A DNA stretch of 64,000 nucleotides, from contig PSMU01000001.1 of assembly GCA_040290255.1 (NCBI GenBank), forward strand, positions 338,385-402,384, read 5' to 3'. This document shows, piece by piece, positions 58,805-64,000 of the stretch. The DNA comes from Nitrososphaerota archaeon. Lineage in GTDB: Archaea > Thermoproteota > Nitrososphaeria > PSMU01. The translations under genes and the position numbers were made by a program. Every line of letters starts with the position of its first letter. Position 1 is the first letter of the stretch. Below the pieces are notes generated by a model. That model made no database searches. It was not told the DNA's origin and was given only the letters and a program-made list of their open reading frames with translations.

Positions 58805-59837
58805 GCGCCGCGAGCTCCTCTCGCCTAACCCCCAGCTCCAGCAGCACCTGCTCCGTATGCTCCCCGAGCGCGCAGGGCCTGCCCTCGTTCACCTGCGGCC
58901 TGCCGTCCAGCAGCGCGAGGGAGAAGTAGGGCACGCCCTGCCTGACGCTCAAGGAGCCCCTCCGCCTGTAATAGGCGTGCCCGGGCAGCTGCTCGGGCTC
59001 CAGCACCTCCTGCAGCGGCAGGTCCCTCTGCCTGGCCAGCCGCAGCAGCTCGCGCAGCTCCCTCGAGGCCAGCGCCTCGGCCAGGGCTTCGGGCTTCTCA
59101 TCGCTCAGGCCCAGCGCTTCCTTCAGGGCCTCCTGAAATTCCGGCTCCAGCGCGGCCACGCTCACGGGCTTTCCCTCCCGCGAGCGGTAGAGCCTGTAGT
59201 AGGCGTAGCGCCCGTTCAGGAGCTCCTCCCTGGAGCCGGCGAGGGCCTGCGTGAGCCTGTAGAGCGAGAAGGGCAGCGCGGCATCGGCCATGGAGACATC
59301 TATGTACAGCCCCCTGCTTCGTGAGGCCAGCGCGGCGCAGATGTAGAGCGCGGCCGCCAGGCCCGCCGCTATATCCGCGATCAGGAGGGGCAGGAGGGGC
59401 TCATAGCCCTCGCCGGGCAAAAGGCCCGCCAGGCCCGCGCAGTTGATGTCGTGGCTGGGCAGCGGCGCATGCTCGCCCTTCTTCCCATAGCCCGTGATGG
59501 AGCAGTAGATGAGCCTGCGGTTGACCCTCCTTAACTTAGAGGGGCCTAGGCCCAGGCGGCGGGCGGCCTTGGGCCTGAAGCTCTCCACGAGCACATGTGA
59601 GCGCGCGGCCAGCATGTAAAGAAGCCTCCTGCCCTCCGCCCTCCTGAGGTTCAGCGTGACGCTCCTCTTGCCCCTCGCGAGCGCCTGAAAGAGCGGCAGC
59701 ACGCGCATATAATCCCCCACGCCCGGCTCCTCCACCTTTATGACCTCAGCCCCCAGGTCCGCGAGCAGCTGCGCGCAGAGGGAGGAGGGCAGCAGGCGGC
59801 CCACCTCGAGCACCCTTATGCCCTTCAGCAAGGCCAT
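58782..59837 (-). CDS. CaiB/BaiF family CoA-transferase (family III)
   Basis: LADLGAEVIKVE, RGKRSVTLNL, ESFRP, SITGYG, HDIN, LGEHT. Confidence 0.92.
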   Translation of the reverse strand: MALLKGIRVLEVGRLLPSSLCAQLLADLGAEVIKVEEPGVGDYMRVLPLFQALARGKRSVTLNLRRAEGRRLLYMLAARSHVLVESFRPKAARRLGLGPSKLRRVNRRLIYCSITGYGKKGEHAPLPSHDINCAGLAGLLPGEGYEPLLPLLIADIAAGLAAALYICAALASRSRGLYIDVSMADAALPFSLYRLTQALAGSREELLNGRYAYYRLYRSREGKPVSVAALEPEFQEALKEALGLSDEKPEALAEALASRELRELLRLARQRDLPLQEVLEPEQLPGHAYYRRRGSLSVRQGVPYFSLALLDGRPQVNEGRPCALGEHTEQVLLELGVRREELAALRRRGVI

Positions 59838-59885
59838 GCCGGGCCAAGCCCGAAGGCTTATAAAATGACAGCCCCCGCGAGGCCC

Positions 59886-61868
59886 ATGTCAAGGGCTGAA
59901 AGGCTCTGCGTGGTCGGCAGCGGCACGATGGGCCACGGCATCGCGCAGGTCTCCGCGATGGCGGGGTACGCGGTGACCATGGTGGACGTCTCGGACGAGA
60001 TCCTCTCCAGGGCCCTGGAGAGGATCAGGTGGAGCCTGGGCAAGTTCGCCGAGAAGGGCAGGATAAGGCCCGAGCAGGTGCAGGAGACGCTGGCGAGGAT
60101 CAGCACCACCACCTCCCTCGAGCAGGGCGTGAGGGGGGCCTCGCTCATCATAGAGGCCGTGGTGGAGGATACGGAGGTGAAGAAGGACGTCTTCAGGCGC
60201 GTGGGCGCCGTCGCCTCCGAGGAGGCGCTCCTGGCCACCAACACCAGCACGATCCCGATCAGCGAGCTGGCCGAGGCCGTGCCCCTGCCCGAGAGGTTCC
60301 TGGGCCTTCACTTCTTCAACCCTCCTCAGCTGATGCCGCTGGTGGAGGTCATCCTGGGAAAGAGCACTTCGGAACAGGCCCTGAAAAGGGCGCTCGAGTA
60401 CGTAAGGGCCATAGGCAAGGAGCACGTGCTCTGCCGCAGGGATGTGCCCGGCTTCATCGTGAACAGGATCCTGGCGCCCATCTTCAACACGGCCTCCTGG
60501 CTAGTCAGCAAGGGCGAGGCGAGCGTGGTCGAGATAGACAGCGCCGCAAGGTATCAGCTGGGCCTCCCCATGGGCCCCTTCGAGCTCGCCGATTACACGG
60601 GCATAGATATAGGCTTCAGGGTGATGGAGGAGATCAACAGGAGGGAGCCCAGCCCCGCGCCCGTGGCGCCGCTGCTCAGGGAGCTCTACGAGAAGAAGTG
60701 GTTCGGCCAGAAGGCGGGCCGCGGCTTCTACGAGTACAAGGGGGCCTTTTACGAGCGGCCCAACATCCCCCCCGAGGCGGGAAGGTCCTTCAACCCCCTC
60801 AGGCTGCTCGCCCCCGCCGTGAACGCGGCCGCCTGGCTGCTCGAGAACGGCGTGGCGAGCAGGGAGGACATAGATAAGGCCGTCAAGCTGGGCCTCGGCT
60901 TTCCCAAGGGGATCCTGGAGTATGCGGACGAGCTGGGCCTCGACGCCGTGGTGAGCGAGCTGAAGCGCCAGGCAGCGCTGCTGGGCCCGCAGTGGGAGCC
61001 GGTGCCCCTGCTCCTGAGGATGGTGGAGGAGGGGCGCCTGGGCAGGAAATCGGGCCGGGGCTTCTACGAGTATGCCGCGGAGGAGCGCCGCTATACCGAG
61101 GTCGCGCTCAGGAAGGAGCCGCCCCTGGCCTGGATCCTGCTGAGCAGGCCCCAGAGGCTGAACGCCCTGACGCCCACCATGCTCAAGGAGCTGCTCTCGG
61201 CGCTGGAGGAGCTCGAGGGCGACGCGGGGATAAGGGTCGTCATAATAAGGGGGGAGGGGGGCAGGGCCTTCAGCGCGGGCGCCGATATCTCCTTCTTTCA
61301 GCCCGTTCCCCCCCATAAGGTGGTGCAGCTCATGCAGGTCTTTCACGAGGCCTACTCGAGGATAGAGCGCTTCAGCAAGCCCGTCATCGCGGCGATAGAG
61401 GGCTATTGCCTGGGAGGGGGCGCGGAGCTGGCCGCGGCCTGTGACTTTCGCCTTGCCAGCGATGAGGCTCAATTGGGCCAGCCCGAGCTGAACATAGGCA
61501 TCATGCCCGGCGCGGGGGGCACGCAGAGGTGGACCAGGCTGGTGGGCCTCGCCAGGGCCAAGGAGCTGGTGATGCTGGGCGAAAGGATCGGGGCGGAGGA
61601 GGCGCTCAGGCTGGGCCTCGTGCACCGCGTCTTTCCCAAGCCCAGGTTCGAGGAGGAGGTGAGGAAGTTCGCGCTCAAGCTGGCGGAAGCGCCACCCATA
61701 GCGCTCGCGATGGCGAAGCTCTCGCTCAACTTCGGGGCCAACATGGACCTGCAGGGCGCCCTTCTGCTGGAGTCGGCGCTCTTCTCGCTGCTCTTCGGCA
61801 CGAAGGATATGCTCGAGGGCCTCTCCGCCTTCCTGAGCAAGAGGAGGCCCGAGTTTAAGGGCGAGTAG
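59886..61868 (+). CDS. Bifunctional 3-hydroxyacyl-CoA dehydrogenase / enoyl-CoA hydratase
   Basis: GSGTMGHGIA, TNTS, HFFNP, GFIVNR; C-terminal crotonase AFSAGAD, GGGAEL, PE...GIMPGAGGTQR. Confidence 0.95.
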   Translation: MSRAERLCVVGSGTMGHGIAQVSAMAGYAVTMVDVSDEILSRALERIRWSLGKFAEKGRIRPEQVQETLARISTTTSLEQGVRGASLIIEAVVEDTEVKKDVFRRVGAVASEEALLATNTSTIPISELAEAVPLPERFLGLHFFNPPQLMPLVEVILGKSTSEQALKRALEYVRAIGKEHVLCRRDVPGFIVNRILAPIFNTASWLVSKGEASVVEIDSAARYQLGLPMGPFELADYTGIDIGFRVMEEINRREPSPAPVAPLLRELYEKKWFGQKAGRGFYEYKGAFYERPNIPPEAGRSFNPLRLLAPAVNAAAWLLENGVASREDIDKAVKLGLGFPKGILEYADELGLDAVVSELKRQAALLGPQWEPVPLLLRMVEEGRLGRKSGRGFYEYAAEERRYTEVALRKEPPLAWILLSRPQRLNALTPTMLKELLSALEELEGDAGIRVVIIRGEGGRAFSAGADISFFQPVPPHKVVQLMQVFHEAYSRIERFSKPVIAAIEGYCLGGGAELAAACDFRLASDEAQLGQPELNIGIMPGAGGTQRWTRLVGLARAKELVMLGERIGAEEALRLGLVHRVFPKPRFEEEVRKFALKLAEAPPIALAMAKLSLNFGANMDLQGALLLESALFSLLFGTKDMLEGLSAFLSKRRPEFKGE

Positions 61869-61888
61869 CGCCGGCCTCGCCCGCGCGT

Positions 61889-62225
61889 GGCCCTACTGGG
61901 AGGAGCTGCTGAGGCTGAGGGGCCCCCTTCATGCCCTCGAGCATGGGCGCCAAGGGCACGCTCGATGGCGATGGCATCCTCTTCGTGGCCCATGATGCCA
62001 AGGCCTTCCCGGGGGCCTTCCTCCCCGTGCCCCTTGGCAACGTCGGGGGCGATCAGCTGCGTGAGATATACAGGGGCAACGAGCTGCTTCAGAGGATAAG
62101 GGCCCGGCGCCTTGAGGGCATCTGCGGGCCTGCGAGTTCAGGCAGGTCTGCGGGGGCAGCGGGGCCAGGGCCTACCCTCACACGGGGAACCCCCTGGCCT
62201 CGGACCCCGCCTGCGTGCTGGTGAG
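61889..62225 (+). pseudogene. Remnant of the C-terminal SPASM region of a radical SAM protein
   Basis: GTLDGDGILFVAHD...FLPVPLGNV...IYR.NELL, then after a frameshift near 62128 CEFRQVCGGSGARAY.HTGNPLASDPAC; no radical SAM core upstream. Confidence 0.8.
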
Positions 62226-62973
62226 CGGCGATGCAGGTGCCTGCGCGGGGCATCGCTGGCCGGCGATGGAGGCTAGGCTGAAGGAGGTGATCGGAGGCCT
62301 TATGCTGGCCGCGAGCCCTTGATATCCCTTCCGGAGATGATGAAGGGCCAGATGTGAGCTGTAGAAACGCTCACGGGCCTTTCTGTCTACTTGTTCTACT
62401 GGCAGTTCTATCCAGCATGAGGGTCCATCTATTTCTAACTCGCCGATTAATCTCTGTCTGGCCTTCTATGCAACGCTCCGCGTTGCGTTCTAGGGGGGTC
62501 CAGGCATGCCCTTCTTTTCTAAATGCAGATACGTGAGCGGTTCTATCCCTTTGTTCTATGTTTCTATCCGCGCCCATGTCCGTTTCTATCACGCGCGGGG
62601 CCTATTTTATCGCGCCCACGATTCTTTTCCCCGCCCGGAATTGCTATTCCGCGAGCTCTGCAATGCCATATCCCTTTCCAGGCCCACCCATAACGTTCCT
62701 TGGCGCCGGTGCCACGGCTGCAGGATGGCCATGCGCTTAATCCATCTCATCATCCTTCTGGTCCTGCGCCTTGATATCGCGGCAGCAGGGCCAAACGTCG
62801 GAAAAGGGGTTCTGCGGGGGCTCCGCTGCGTCCTTCCCTCACATGCGGGCCGCGATGCTCGGAAATCCCCGTAGCTTAGCAACGGTTTGACCTTAAGTCA
62901 ATAAATCTTAACCCCCCTCATGGACAAATTGTTCTAAAGCTTTAAAAGCCCTGGCCTGAAGGGGCGCGCGAAA

Positions 62974-64000
62974 ATGCTGTTGAAGCGCAGAGGATACATG
63001 CGCGATGCAGGCATTAGCCTGCTCCTAAGCCTCCTCGTCCTCGCCACCTTCGCCATGGCATTCCCGGCTGCGCCGGCAGTTGCCGTGCAGCCCCCGCCCA
63101 AAGTGAGCGTGGAGCCCAACGTGGTCGAAGGTGGAGTGCCCACCGCCTTCTCCGTTACGGTGAGCAACCCCATCACCAACAGCTACGCGATCACGGCCAT
63201 CACGGTAAGTGCGCCCCCGGGCTGGACGTTCACATATGGTGCTCCACCTGCTCCATGCGCCGCCCCCCTGGGTACTCTGGAGGCAAGTAGCCCTAGCGCC
63301 TTCACCTGCAGCGGCAAACTGCTCCCTGGCTACTCGGTGACCCTAGGAGGGGGGGGCAGTCTGCAACTCACCGGCCCCACGCCCGGAGATGTCAATGCCA
63401 TAGTGGGCACCTTCAGCACCAGCGTGCAGGACGCCTCTTCTCCAGCCTTCTATGCGGGGCCCACCTTCACGGTGTATGCAACCGGCCCCAGCCCCTCATT
63501 AACCATAACCTTCCCTAGCGCCGACCCCTGCTCCGGCACAGATTATGTAGCGGGCTCCGGCCCCTGCAGCGCCACCGTCACGGTAAGTACTACAGGCAGC
63601 GTAGGCATCGCGGGCCTCCCCGTCATCTTCACCACCGATCCAAAGAGCGCCGCATCTCCCACCAGCGCCACCACCGATAGCACCGGCAAGGCCAGCACCA
63701 CTTGGCAGCCCTCAAACGTAGCGGGCACCACCAATAGGCTGGATGCCACCCTTGGCACCAGCTCCTTTACAACTTCTACATCTATCCGCGTCGTGCCCGG
63801 CGCGCCCAGCAAGGTGGTCTTCGCTTCTCCGTTCAGCCGCACCCACTATGTAACAACATCCACCACCGTCGGCGAAACGCTCTACGCCCAAGAAGGCGCT
63901 TCTGGACAAAACCCCATCACATATAACGTGGCAGATGCCTTCGGCAACCCTATAGATTGGGGCTCGATATCCTTCGAGCGCAACCAGGGCATAACGCTCA
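62974..64000 (+). CDS. Large secreted S/T-rich surface protein with Ig-like (Big-1/invasin-like) domain, partial
   Basis: Manual translation, open to window end: signal peptide, then VTVSNP..., GLPVIFTT...SATTDSTGKASTTW, VVPGAPSKVVF, VADAFGNP. Confidence 0.8.
   Translation, partial: MLLKRRGYMRDAGISLLLSLLVLATFAMAFPAAPAVAVQPPPKVSVEPNVVEGGVPTAFSVTVSNPITNSYAITAITVSAPPGWTFTYGAPPAPCAAPLGTLEASSPSAFTCSGKLLPGYSVTLGGGGSLQLTGPTPGDVNAIVGTFSTSVQDASSPAFYAGPTFTVYATGPSPSLTITFPSADPCSGTDYVAGSGPCSATVTVSTTGSVGIAGLPVIFTTDPKSAASPTSATTDSTGKASTTWQPSNVAGTTNRLDATLGTSSFTTSTSIRVVPGAPSKVVFASPFSRTHYVTTSTTVGETLYAQEGASGQNPITYNVADAFGNPIDWGSISFERNQGITL

Noticed and set aside
62337-62390. ATGATGA as box C of a C/D sRNA
   Set aside because: No CTGA box D at a suitable distance
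63349-63356. G8 tract in the surface-protein gene (and A8 at 33847-33854) as phase-variation sites
   Set aside because: The tracts are short, the frame is intact (Gly run), and one sequence gives no evidence of length variation

Overview
High-GC archaeal chromosomal segment. Ribosomal S8e/S26e/S30e, Gar1, Rpo12, GatDE, PolB1 and SMC-ScpAB together point to a TACK archaeon outside the Crenarchaeota, probably a deep Nitrososphaerota/Aigarchaeota-type lineage (inference). Content is mostly housekeeping: a CoA operon (PoK-PPS-panB-panE-coaBC), smc-scpA-scpB-rps8e-srp19-gar1-tfb-rlmE, trm1, rnhB, fibrillarin/nop5, pyrDK, gatDE, five aminoacyl-tRNA synthetases, polB1 and acyl-CoA enzymes. The best finding is in glyA (serine hydroxymethyltransferase). 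Its conserved RYAE|GWPG motif is interrupted by an 18-nt, stop-containing insert (51480-51497) that folds into a bulge-helix-bulge splice motif, and cutting at the canonical positions restores the protein exactly. This is a candidate tRNA-type mRNA intron in a metabolic gene. Also notable: a lower-GC operon of three small secreted proteins, a dedicated SipW-like peptidase and a membrane anchor (candidate TasA/bundling-pilus-like fibre); a stand-alone nurA-herA pair next to three wHTH proteins and an operator-like palindrome; a split hypothetical gene; a radical SAM/SPASM pseudogene; and a TTCTA-rich region before a large Ig-like surface protein. All calls come from reading the sequence and recognising motifs; no searches were run.
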